Source of the DNA: a virus
DNA: 51,360 nt
IMG/VR virus record: IMGVR_UViG_3300045988_172722
Span: 1 to 51,360 of that record
Direction: 5' to 3' (one strand)
This document shows, piece by piece, positions 1 to 8,475 of this stretch (positions within the stretch are counted from its first letter, which is position 1; every line of letters begins with the position of its first letter). Made by a program: the position numbers and the translations under genes. Under the pieces are notes generated by a model, which was not told the DNA's origin, did not search any database, and was given only the letters and a program-made list of their open reading frames with translations.

Positions 1-25
1 CGGTTACAAGTCAAAAATCGCAAAG
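1..25. repeat. 25-bp repeat unit CGGTTACAAGTCAAAAATCGCAAAG, the same unit as the tandem array at the 3' end of the window
   Basis: nt 1-22 are identical to nt 51339-51360. The unit also occurs head-to-tail at 51289-51313 and 51314-51338. This implies a circularly closed or terminally redundant genome. Confidence 0.9.
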
Positions 26-57
26 GCGCTCTTTTCAGGCATTCTCGCAAAGTGGTA

Positions 58-358
58 GAAACAATAGGAAACAATAGGAAACAATGATTGTTTATCACGT
101 AACTAATTGATTTTCAATAAGATAGACCACTTATAAACAATGTAAACAATAAAAATAAAAATCAAATAAAGAGATGTAATATAGTTGAATAATAGATTAT
201 ATAAATTATATAGACTCAAATCTATAAATCCGAATATGGTTTATAGAGGCTTTGTTTCTATTGTTTCTATTGTTTACTCATTGACTATCAATCAGTTATG
301 ATTCTCGCTATTGTTTCTCATTGAAAATCAATTAGTTATGAGACTATTCTCGCAAAGA
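58..358. promoter_or_regulatory. Iteron-like region A: direct GAAACAATAG repeats, an AT-rich core, the inverted copies, and ATTGA-N3-TCAAT palindromes
   Basis: Three 10-bp direct repeats lie at 58-67, 68-77 and 78-87 and run into the palindrome AAACAAT-G-ATTGTTT (79-93). AAACAAT occurs at 135-141 and 144-150. Reverse copies TATTGTTTC x3 lie at 250-277 and one more at 308-317. Palindromes lie at 106-118, 280-292 and 320-332. There is a ~40-bp tandem duplication (279-318 versus 319-358). The block 246-279 is nearly identical to 29328-29361. Confidence 0.8.
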
Positions 359-404
359 AAAAATTTTTATAGAAAAAAATAGCTGCGAGAATTTTTATAC
401 TCAT

Positions 405-423
405 ATATTTATTAGTATATTTG
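405..423 (+). promoter_or_regulatory. Bacteroidota-type promoter, -7 box TATATTTG (416-423) within TTATTAGTATATTTGCA
   Basis: It matches the TAnnTTTG -7 consensus of Bacteroidota sigma-A promoters. The same TTATTAGTATATT(T/C)GCA string recurs at 4313-4333. It lies 31 nt upstream of ATG 454. Confidence 0.6.
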
Positions 424-453
424 CACACAGAACAAATAATAAAACTAAAAAAT

Positions 454-1212
454 ATGATAAACATAGAAGGCATACAGGTAGATGTTGTAGGGAACCCAGA
501 TACCCTATCAACTGAATGGGCCATTTTTACAGTAGAATTTGAGTATGACAGCCGAATAATGGTATGCCATACTTTTAATTGGACTGTACGAAAAGAAATT
601 GTTAGGCTTATACATAAAATACTTAGTCCAAAAGTAGAAGGCTTAGATTTGAGGCAGTCTTTTGTAAATAGCCAATATATTACAATAGAAGTAAAAAGTC
701 ATTTTACAGGCAACTGTTCGGCTGTACTGGAAAATAAATATCAGCTGATAAAAGATAATGTTACATATTATCCATACGGCTATAATTTCTTATTGCTAGT
801 TAATAGTCGTATAGAAAAACCATACGCTTTTGCTATATATAATAAGTTGATAGATGATATAAGTACAGATGCTCTAAAACGAGTTGGACTTATAAAAACA
901 AAAGAACCAAAAGGACGAATGCCAAAACCTGTATATCAATACAGCAAAGAAACAGGGCTTTTTGTTGCTGAATATAATTCAGTAAAAGAAGCAGCTATTG
1001 AGCTAAATATAAGTGCAACAAGCATAAATATGTGTTGTAATGGCCATATAAAATCAGCAGCTGGATTTTTATGGTCTTATGAAAAAGTAGGTATAATCGA
1101 AGATATTCCATCAGACAAACGTAAAAAGTTAAAAGAAATGCCTAATATAACAGAAATAATTGACTCTATTAAAAAGAAGCAACAGAATTTTATAGCAGCT
1201 AATAAAAAATAA
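454..1212 (+). CDS. DNA-binding protein with a homing-endonuclease-type C-terminal HTH (NUMOD1/IENR1-like); N-terminal domain unknown
   Basis: The C-terminal KPVYQYSKETGLFVAEYNSVKEAAIELNISATSINMCCNGHIKSAAGFLWSYEK resembles the DNA-binding module at the C-termini of GIY-YIG/HNH homing endonucleases. I see no nuclease motif in the first ~190 aa. The ORF-track start at 421 is a TTG inside the -7 box, so ATG 454 is preferred. Confidence 0.55.
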   Translation: MINIEGIQVDVVGNPDTLSTEWAIFTVEFEYDSRIMVCHTFNWTVRKEIVRLIHKILSPKVEGLDLRQSFVNSQYITIEVKSHFTGNCSAVLENKYQLIKDNVTYYPYGYNFLLLVNSRIEKPYAFAIYNKLIDDISTDALKRVGLIKTKEPKGRMPKPVYQYSKETGLFVAEYNSVKEAAIELNISATSINMCCNGHIKSAAGFLWSYEKVGIIEDIPSDKRKKLKEMPNITEIIDSIKKKQQNFIAANKK

Positions 1213-1214
1213 CA

Positions 1215-2003
1215 ATGAAACAGAATAAAATAGAAGAGCAGCTTAGCTCTATACTCCCAACAAGGACCCAGGCTCCAAGCCTTAATCGTCCTTCTGCGTC
1301 AACAGCTCAATCTATAGCCAAAGAGGCTGCTGACATTAAAGCTAAAGCGGACGCAAAAGAGCTCGCGCGCATAAAATATATAGAGAAATGCCGCCTACAA
1401 CGCGAAAAAGCAAAGCTCGAAGAAAAACAGAGCCTTGCAGAAGAACTTGGATTGACGCAGGATGAAGCAGAGAACTTGTCAACCACAGTTCAAATTCAAA
1501 AAGTGGCAGAACAAAAAAAACGAGTTGAGGCGGTTGAAGCAATTGAGGCTCAAACTGTAACTCCACTTGACCCAGTTGAGTTTGCTCAAAGAGGTGGTAC
1601 ATATTCAGGCAAAACAACTCAGCTTCTTCAGCTCCAAGGAGCATCAAGACCTGAGATTGTTAAACTGCTCACTAGCCTTAATATAAACTTAAGTGTTCAG
1701 CTTACAAAGCAAGATACAGCTAATTTATTGGCGTGTTTATTGACTTGTAATGAAAGCCAGCTTCAGGCTCTTATGAATAACAAGAAAATACCAGTAGTAA
1801 TAAAAACTGTTATTAAACGCCTCATAGAGGATATGAAACTCGGCAATATAGAAACGGTTGAGAAGCTTTGGGACCGCATATTCGGTAAAGGAGCAATGCA
1901 GCTTAATCTTCCAGAGCAAGCACAACTACAAACAGGCATTCTTCCAAATGTGCCTATTTCCCGTGAAGCATACGTGATAATTCGCGAAAGTCTAATGAAG
2001 TAA
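1215..2003 (+). CDS. Putative terminase small subunit
   Basis: It lies just upstream of terL, separated only by an HNH ORF. The coiled-coil N-terminus and the C-terminal EKLWDRIFGKG resemble the DRxxGK end of small-terminase families. Confidence 0.5.
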   Translation: MKQNKIEEQLSSILPTRTQAPSLNRPSASTAQSIAKEAADIKAKADAKELARIKYIEKCRLQREKAKLEEKQSLAEELGLTQDEAENLSTTVQIQKVAEQKKRVEAVEAIEAQTVTPLDPVEFAQRGGTYSGKTTQLLQLQGASRPEIVKLLTSLNINLSVQLTKQDTANLLACLLTCNESQLQALMNNKKIPVVIKTVIKRLIEDMKLGNIETVEKLWDRIFGKGAMQLNLPEQAQLQTGILPNVPISREAYVIIRESLMK

Positions 2004-2011
2004 AATTAAAG

Positions 2012-2563
2012 GTGATAAAAAACATGGATAAACGAATAGAAAGAATGTTAGAAAGAGAAAAGGCTCTTTCGCATGAATACTTAACAAAAGTACTTGAGTA
2101 TGAGCCTGAATCTGGAGTATTTATCTGGAAAATAAGAGCTTCTCAAGCAGTAAAGCCTGGAGATATAGCAGGTTCTGTAAACAAAAATGGATATTTATTT
2201 ATAAAAGTAGGAAAATATATTTATAGAGCACATAGACTTGCATGGTTTTATTTTTATGGGCAATGGCCTCCTATTGAAAATTATCAAATAGACCACATAG
2301 ATGGTAATAGGCTTAATAATTCTATAAAAAACCTAAGATTAGCTTCAAATGCTAAAAACGCAAGAAATCATAAACTGTATAGTCATAATACCTCTGGAGT
2401 TTCTGGAGTACATTTTGCAGAAGCTAGTAATAAATGGAAAGCTACTATAAGATATAATGGCCGTAATATACATCTTGGATATTATGCTAGTTTTGAAGAC
2501 GCTGTAAATGCAAGAATAGTTGCAGAGAAAGAATTAGGATATACAACAGAAAAAGATATGTAA
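2012..2563 (+). CDS. HNH homing endonuclease with an AP2 DNA-binding domain
   Basis: HNH_3-like IDHIDGNRLNNSIKNLRL is followed by AP2-like SGVSGVHFAEASNKWKATIRYNGRNIHLGYYASFEDAVNAR. The start is GTG 2012, or alternatively ATG 2024. Confidence 0.85.
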   Translation: MIKNMDKRIERMLEREKALSHEYLTKVLEYEPESGVFIWKIRASQAVKPGDIAGSVNKNGYLFIKVGKYIYRAHRLAWFYFYGQWPPIENYQIDHIDGNRLNNSIKNLRLASNAKNARNHKLYSHNTSGVSGVHFAEASNKWKATIRYNGRNIHLGYYASFEDAVNARIVAEKELGYTTEKDM

Positions 2564-2581
2564 CCAAGCCATAATTAAGCT

Positions 2582-4165
2582 ATGCAAATAAAACAAAAAT
2601 CATTAAAAGAAATGCAACAGACGGCTCTAAATACTTCTAATGGTGGAACCGTAAATCCTAAAGAGCTCTTAAAGGTAGAACTGCTATCATCTTTTGAAAA
2701 ATATACGCGGGTAATGTTCAAAGCCCAGTACCATCGTTCTTTTATAGTTGCAGAGCACCATAAGAGAATGTTTGAGGCATTACAGAATGTAGTAGATGGC
2801 AAATGTAAGAGACTTATAATCAATATAGCACCCCGATATGGTAAAACCGAGCTTGTTATCAAATCATTTATAAGTTGGTGCTTTGCATTAAATCCAAAGT
2901 GCCGATTTTTGCATCTGTCTTATTCAGATATACTTGTGTATGATAATTCGGAGACAATACGAAATATCATGCAAGAAGAGCTTTATAAGGCACTTTTTCC
3001 AAGTTCGGCTCTTGCATCTGAGAAAGGGTCAGCTAAGAGATGGAAAACTAAAGCAGGTGGTGAGCTTTATGCAGTATCAACACAAGGTCAGGTAACAGGT
3101 TTTGGTGCAGGAAATGTTGATATTGACCCAGATATTGATAAAATGGATGGGGGCAATGATATTTTTGTGTTCGATGACCACACCAATGAAGTACTTGGTA
3201 TGTTAAGAGCTACAACTAATATCTTCCAAGGTGCAATTGTAATCGATGACCCGATTAAGCCTGAAGACGCCGAGTCCGATATCGTTCGTGAACGTATCAA
3301 CATGCGTTTTGAGAACACAATCCGTAACCGTACCAACTCGCGTAACACGCCAATTATAATTATCATGCAAAGGCTACATGAACATGATTTGTGTGGCTAT
3401 TTGCAAGATGTAGAACCTGATGAATGGACTGTACTTTCAATGCCTGTTATACAAACAAACCCTGAGACAGGTGAAGAACATGCCTTATGGCCGATGAAGC
3501 ACACACTTGAAGAACTCTATAAGATGCGCGAGATAAATCCGTTAGTGTTTGATACACAGTATATGCAAGACCCAACTCCAAAAGAGGGTCTTATGTATGA
3601 AGGGTTTAGAACTTATAGGCCAGAAGAGCTACCAACAGGCAATAAAGCACTTCAAAAATGGAATTATACTGATACTGCTGACACAGGAGCTGACTTTTTG
3701 TGTTCTATTTGCTTCATAAACACGCCAGAATACGCTTATGTGACAGATGTAATGTTTACAGATGCTCCTATGGAGGTAACGGAGCCAAAGCAAGCTGAAT
3801 TATTAGCACGAAACCAAACAGTTGACTGCTTAATAGAGTCAAATAATGGCGGCCGAGGCTACTCAAGAAATGTCAAAAAGATACTTCGAGTTGATTTACG
3901 TAACTTTAAGTGTGCTATCAGAACATTTACGCAAACAGAGAATAAGAAAACCCGCATTTATACAGCGTCAGCTCAAGTCCAAAATGATATTCTATTCCCA
4001 GAAGGCTGGGATAAGAAGTGGCCTAAGTTCTATAATGCACTTATATCATATCGCAAAGATAATAAGAAGAGAAACCAGCATGATGATGCTCCAGATTGCT
4101 TGACTGGCGTATGGGAGATGCATAGTAGGAAAGGTGGAAAACGAAAAATACACCAAAGAAACTAA
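2582..4165 (+). CDS. terL: Terminase large subunit
   Basis: Motifs present are Walker A-like INIAPRYGKTE, Walker B-like AIVIDDPIKPED, and the C-terminal nuclease motif HDDAPDCL. The 527-aa size and the position are typical. Confidence 0.85.
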   Translation: MQIKQKSLKEMQQTALNTSNGGTVNPKELLKVELLSSFEKYTRVMFKAQYHRSFIVAEHHKRMFEALQNVVDGKCKRLIINIAPRYGKTELVIKSFISWCFALNPKCRFLHLSYSDILVYDNSETIRNIMQEELYKALFPSSALASEKGSAKRWKTKAGGELYAVSTQGQVTGFGAGNVDIDPDIDKMDGGNDIFVFDDHTNEVLGMLRATTNIFQGAIVIDDPIKPEDAESDIVRERINMRFENTIRNRTNSRNTPIIIIMQRLHEHDLCGYLQDVEPDEWTVLSMPVIQTNPETGEEHALWPMKHTLEELYKMREINPLVFDTQYMQDPTPKEGLMYEGFRTYRPEELPTGNKALQKWNYTDTADTGADFLCSICFINTPEYAYVTDVMFTDAPMEVTEPKQAELLARNQTVDCLIESNNGGRGYSRNVKKILRVDLRNFKCAIRTFTQTENKKTRIYTASAQVQNDILFPEGWDKKWPKFYNALISYRKDNKKRNQHDDAPDCLTGVWEMHSRKGGKRKIHQRN

Positions 4166-4174
4166 GAAAATTAA

Positions 4175-4261
4175 ATTCTCGCATTATTCTCGCAATCTAT
4201 ATTCTCTTAAAAGTTTAGTCCTTATTATTTCTAAATCTTAGAGAAAATTGATTGCGAGAAT
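4175..4261. promoter_or_regulatory. ATTCTCGC motif cluster: two direct copies plus one inverted copy
   Basis: ATTCTCGC lies at 4175-4182 and 4186-4193, and GCGAGAAT at 4254-4261. The cluster sits in the terL/next-gene intergenic region, upstream of the promoter at 4313-4331. Confidence 0.6.
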
Positions 4262-4312
4262 GAGACAATAAAAATACTTAGTTAAAAATTGTCAAAAAGT
4301 ATACAGCTTTCA

Positions 4313-4331
4313 ATTTTTATTAGTATATTCG
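4313..4331 (+). promoter_or_regulatory. Promoter-like element TTATTAGTATATTCGCA (-7 box variant TATATTCG, 4324-4331)
   Basis: It is a near-copy of the element at 405-423. It sits in a 265-bp intergenic gap, ~100 nt upstream of ATG 4431. Confidence 0.5.
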
Positions 4332-4430
4332 CATTGTGAAGAAGTTTTATATTTCTAAACAAATACAGGTAATTCGATGCTAGTTAAGGGTAGCTGCTCG
4401 GTAGTATTAACATTAAAAACATAAAGAATA

Positions 4431-5081
4431 ATGGGATTAAATTGTGGATGCCCTGCCGCAGCACATCTTGCTGACCTTGAGATTAATGATTGCAAGGAAA
4501 GTATGGGGCAAATTCAAAAAGTTGCATTCCAGCGTATCTATAAGACTGCTGGAACGTTGAATGCTATTGATGACCCGACTAAGAAAGCATCGTGGAGTAC
4601 TTTGTTTTCTGCAGCCGATGGTACTAAGATGACAGTATCGCCTTATATCCAAGGACCTACTACAGAGCCGGGTGCAGCTCGGACATTCGGTAGCGGTAAT
4701 CAGGTATTGGGCGGTATTCCTATCACGATTGGTCGTGAAGCTACGACTTTCTCTGGTACTATCTATCAGGAAAATCAGAAAGTCATTGCTCAAATGAAGC
4801 AATATCAGTGCGAAAACATCGGTGTTTGGCTGATTGATGAAAATGGTAACATCGGCTGTTTGGTAGATGACCTTGATGATCCTACTAAGTACATGCCTAT
4901 TCCTATCTACAGTTTCTTTGTAGGTGATAAGTCACTTGGCGGATATGAAGAGCCTGACAGCAATGCAATCAGCTGGTCTTTTGTTCCTAACTGGAGTGAT
5001 AAATTCTACATTATCAAGCGTGAAACTTTGGACTTTAATCCTCTCACTGATTGGGTTAACGTAGCTTCCGCTGGAGCTTAA
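4431..5081 (+). CDS. Hypothetical virion protein (function unknown)
   Basis: This is a 216-aa ORF with a normal globular composition and its own promoter-like element, placed between terL and the portal candidate. No motif recognised. Confidence 0.6.
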   Translation: MGLNCGCPAAAHLADLEINDCKESMGQIQKVAFQRIYKTAGTLNAIDDPTKKASWSTLFSAADGTKMTVSPYIQGPTTEPGAARTFGSGNQVLGGIPITIGREATTFSGTIYQENQKVIAQMKQYQCENIGVWLIDENGNIGCLVDDLDDPTKYMPIPIYSFFVGDKSLGGYEEPDSNAISWSFVPNWSDKFYIIKRETLDFNPLTDWVNVASAGA

Positions 5082-5092
5082 AAACTTTCAAT

Positions 5093-5305
5093 ATGAGAAA
5101 GAAAAAAGAACAAATGGTAACGCTGGTTGTGCCTAAGCATAATATCAAGCAAGAGTTCGGTCTTCAGCACGCCGAACGATTGCTTGATATGGGCCCAGCC
5201 CTAAATGGCGGGTGGGAACTACCTCAAGACAGTAACTATCATTACGACGAAGAAAATGGGCTTAGAGTTAAATCAGATAAAGCAAATTCTGCAAAAACCG
5301 TCTAA
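5093..5305 (+). CDS. Small hypothetical protein
   Basis: This is a 70-aa ORF 11 nt after the previous stop. It overlaps the 5' end of the portal candidate ORF. Confidence 0.4.
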   Translation: MRKKKEQMVTLVVPKHNIKQEFGLQHAERLLDMGPALNGGWELPQDSNYHYDEENGLRVKSDKANSAKTV

Positions 5306-6989
5306 AAGACAGGTTATTCAGAAGGCTGTAAATATGCAGCGTCGTCTCCGTTTTCACACTGAGACGAATATCGCTGTATCTGATATTAACCAACCAACAA
5401 CTGTATTTTTAGATTGGGTAAGAAGATTGTTGCCAAAGGATAAATATAACATCTTTTTGCAGCTGTTCAAATTTCCATTGCCCACACCTGCTGTAGTTGA
5501 GGACGTCTATAGAGAGCTCGAAAGAGTTTTCTATAGCCGTAACTCATCTAGCTCATATCAATTCACAGACTCAGAACTTGCTGAAGATTGGTCTCAGTAT
5601 CGTAAGAGTAATCTTAATGAGCCCGAAGTATGGAAAACTACCGCTTGGAAACGAATGCAAGTATCTCCAAACAGTATACTTGTTGTTGACCTTCCGCTAG
5701 TACAAACTTCCACTCGACCTGAGCCATATTTCTATTGGCTTGAAATTGACTCTGTGATTGATTATGAGCTTTCTAAGCAAGATGAGAATTTGTTTAACTG
5801 GCTTATTTTTAATCAACCAGAGCATAGAATAGCAGTATTTGATGATACTAGTATTAGGATTTATCAGCTTAACGAAAAGAATGAAATTCAATCATTAGTT
5901 TCTGAGGCTCAGCATGATTTAGGATATTGCCCTGCAAGATTTTTTTGGTCAGCACAGTTAAATGAGAAAAATAAAGACCTTAAAAAGAATCCAATTACGA
6001 AAGAGCTTTCTAATTTGGATTGGTATTTGTTTTTCTCAATATCTAAACAGCATCTTGACCTTTATGCGCCATATCCTATTTACAGTGCCTATGAGGCTGA
6101 CTGTAATTTTGAGAATAGCGAAACTGGTGATTACTGCGATGGTGGCTTTTTGCGCAATGCTAAAGGAGAGTATAAGATACTTAATGATGGCACCGTGGAA
6201 AAATGCCCTTGCTGTAGTGAAAAAAGAATAGCTGGACCTGGTTCATTCTTAGAGGTACCTATACCTAATCAAACTGAGGGTGTAGTCGATATGCGTAATC
6301 CTGTTCAGATTACTACTATAGATAAAAATTCACTCGACTATAACGTTAACGAGTGTGCAAGGCTTAAAAATGAGATTGTTATTTCTGTAGTCGGTTCTGG
6401 AGGTACTGTAAGTGAAAAAGAAGCTATAAACGAAACACAAGTAACTGCTAATTTTGAAAGTAAGACTTCAGTGCTAAATGCTCTTAAGACCAATTTTGAG
6501 TTAGCACAGAAGTTCATTGAAGATACTGTTTGCAAACTCAGATATGGAAATGCTTTTATATCATCTTCTGTAAATTGGGGTACAGAGTTTTACGTTTTCA
6601 CTGTAACAGAGCTTTACTCTAAGTATAAACAATCGAAGGATAATGGAGCATCCAACTCAGAACTAGATGCTATATCGCAACAAATTCTTGAGGTTGAGTA
6701 TCGCAATAATCCTTTAGTACTTCAGAGAATGCTGATTTTGAAACAGTTAGAGCCTTATCCACATAAAACCCTGGATGAAGTGTTAAAACTGTATGAAAAA
6801 AAGTTAATAGATGAAAAATTGGTAAAACTTAAAATAAATTTTAGTACTTTAGTCGATAAATTTGAACGTGAAAACATTAACATAATTGAGTTTGCTTCAA
6901 ATAAATCGTTAAGAGAAAAAATTGATATAATAACAAATAAACTTTTAGAGTATGTTACAGAAAATGACACTACAGGAACTGCAGAATAG
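5256..6989 (+). CDS. Putative portal protein
   Basis: The call rests on size (~578 aa) and position downstream of terL and upstream of scaffold and capsid. No signature motif recognised. The start is uncertain (5205, 5256 or 5334). Confidence 0.5.
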   Translation: MGLELNQIKQILQKPSKRQVIQKAVNMQRRLRFHTETNIAVSDINQPTTVFLDWVRRLLPKDKYNIFLQLFKFPLPTPAVVEDVYRELERVFYSRNSSSSYQFTDSELAEDWSQYRKSNLNEPEVWKTTAWKRMQVSPNSILVVDLPLVQTSTRPEPYFYWLEIDSVIDYELSKQDENLFNWLIFNQPEHRIAVFDDTSIRIYQLNEKNEIQSLVSEAQHDLGYCPARFFWSAQLNEKNKDLKKNPITKELSNLDWYLFFSISKQHLDLYAPYPIYSAYEADCNFENSETGDYCDGGFLRNAKGEYKILNDGTVEKCPCCSEKRIAGPGSFLEVPIPNQTEGVVDMRNPVQITTIDKNSLDYNVNECARLKNEIVISVVGSGGTVSEKEAINETQVTANFESKTSVLNALKTNFELAQKFIEDTVCKLRYGNAFISSSVNWGTEFYVFTVTELYSKYKQSKDNGASNSELDAISQQILEVEYRNNPLVLQRMLILKQLEPYPHKTLDEVLKLYEKKLIDEKLVKLKINFSTLVDKFERENINIIEFASNKSLREKIDIITNKLLEYVTENDTTGTAE

Positions 6990-7407
6990 TACTGTTGACG
7001 CACTTAAGCAGGCTCATACTGCAGCAAAAGCCCATCAAGCTGGCCTCCAGAAGCTTAAATCAAGCAAAGATAAGAAGTGGACAGAAGCAATGCAAGAAGA
7101 CCTTGATGCTACAGCTCTTTATATTGTAGATATTGAGGATGTTCTCGAAGAAAAAACTTCATCTACCGTCAGTAGTGAATATGAGCCAAAAGCTGGTACT
7201 GAAAAGCTTGTACATCTGTCGATTGTAAAAGGCCGCCGCTTTAATCCTATGACAGGGAAAGAAGAAAGCAAACCGTGTACTCAGTTATTTACATTTGCTG
7301 AGTGGCAACTTTTCAAAAAGAATTTCAAAGGTCTTGGCTATTCTATAATGAAAGTACTGCATGACCCATACGGAGAGGCAAAAGATTTTGTTGCAAAAGA
7401 AAATTAA
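6952..7407 (+). CDS. Hypothetical head-module protein
   Basis: This is a 151-aa ORF between the portal and scaffold candidates. Confidence 0.5.
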   Translation: MLQKMTLQELQNSTVDALKQAHTAAKAHQAGLQKLKSSKDKKWTEAMQEDLDATALYIVDIEDVLEEKTSSTVSSEYEPKAGTEKLVHLSIVKGRRFNPMTGKEESKPCTQLFTFAEWQLFKKNFKGLGYSIMKVLHDPYGEAKDFVAKEN

Positions 7408-7427
7408 AAACTTAAAATATCAAAGCT

Positions 7428-8372
7428 ATGTTAACAATTGAGATGCTACGACAAAATTCAGCATTAGCTGGTCTCTCCGATGCTCAGCTTACAGCAATCG
7501 CTGAAATGTCAAGAAATGATGAAAATACAGTAATCGGTACTAAAATTGGTGCTTTGCATGGGCAATACGATACTGATATTTTCAATGTCACTGGAGTAAA
7601 AAAGAGAGATGGTGAAAAAAGCTATGATTATGCTAAGCGCGTACTTGGTGAATATAAAACAAAAGCTGAGTCCGTAAAAACAGTACAAGCAGAGCTCGAT
7701 GCAGCCAATGCTAAAGTAACTGAGTTGCAGACAAAGCTTGAGAAAAATGCAGGAAATGAGGAGTTTACTCAGCAGCTTAAAGATGCTAAAGCACAAGTTA
7801 CTCAGCTTCAATCTAAGCTCAAAACTGAGCAAGATAATTACAAAACAAAAGAAGCTGAATTTAACAAACAGCTGAAAAATGTACATGTAGATTATGCTTT
7901 TCAAGCTGCTACTGCAGGGCTTAAGTTCAAAGCTGGTATTACTGAGTCTATTCAGAAAACATTGCTTAATGCAGCAAAAGCTGAAATTTTGGCAAAAGGT
8001 ACACCTGATTTTGTAGAAGATGGTCAGGGAGGTAAGAAACTTGTTATTCGAGGAGCTGATGGAAATATCCTTAATAACCCGAAAAACAACCTTAATCCTT
8101 ATACTATTTCTGAACTTGTTATGGAAACGTCTTTGAAAGATGCAATCGACACAGGTCGTAAACAAACAGGCGGTGGTACAGGAGGTTTTCAGGGACAAGG
8201 CAGCCAAGGAGGAACACTTGATTTGACCGGAGTAAGGACTCAGCTCGAAGCAGACAAAGTAATTGAAGCTCATCTTCTTGCAAATGGCTTAACTCGTGAC
8301 TCTGCAGAGTTTGGAGAAAAGCTTACAGAAATAAGAAACGAAAACAATGTGGTAACTTTGCCAATAAGATAA
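7428..8372 (+). CDS. Putative head scaffolding protein
   Basis: The sequence is rich in K/E/Q/A with long predicted coiled coil (for example AELDAANAKVTELQTKLEKN and AQVTQLQSKLKTEQDNYKTKEAEF). It lies immediately upstream of the capsid gene. Confidence 0.5.
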   Translation: MLTIEMLRQNSALAGLSDAQLTAIAEMSRNDENTVIGTKIGALHGQYDTDIFNVTGVKKRDGEKSYDYAKRVLGEYKTKAESVKTVQAELDAANAKVTELQTKLEKNAGNEEFTQQLKDAKAQVTQLQSKLKTEQDNYKTKEAEFNKQLKNVHVDYAFQAATAGLKFKAGITESIQKTLLNAAKAEILAKGTPDFVEDGQGGKKLVIRGADGNILNNPKNNLNPYTISELVMETSLKDAIDTGRKQTGGGTGGFQGQGSQGGTLDLTGVRTQLEADKVIEAHLLANGLTRDSAEFGEKLTEIRNENNVVTLPIR

Positions 8373-8475
8373 AAAGGCACATCCTAAAAAGAAGAGAAAT
8401 TAAAAAAATGCTATTAGGCGTAAAAGGGTAATGCACCATATAGCAAAATGTTTAACAGATTAAAAACTAAAAATT

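Noticed and set aside
421-453. TTG start at 421 for the first gene, as given in the ORF track
   Set aside because: The TTG is the end of the TATATTTG -7 promoter box. A transcript starting ~7 nt downstream could not include it, so ATG 454 was used.
7509-8273. 254-aa minus-strand ORF antisense to the scaffold-like gene
   Set aside because: It lies entirely inside a better plus-strand ORF. Its composition is F/I/L/S/C-rich low-complexity sequence typical of the antisense translation of K/E/Q-rich genes. It breaks the plus-strand operon logic.
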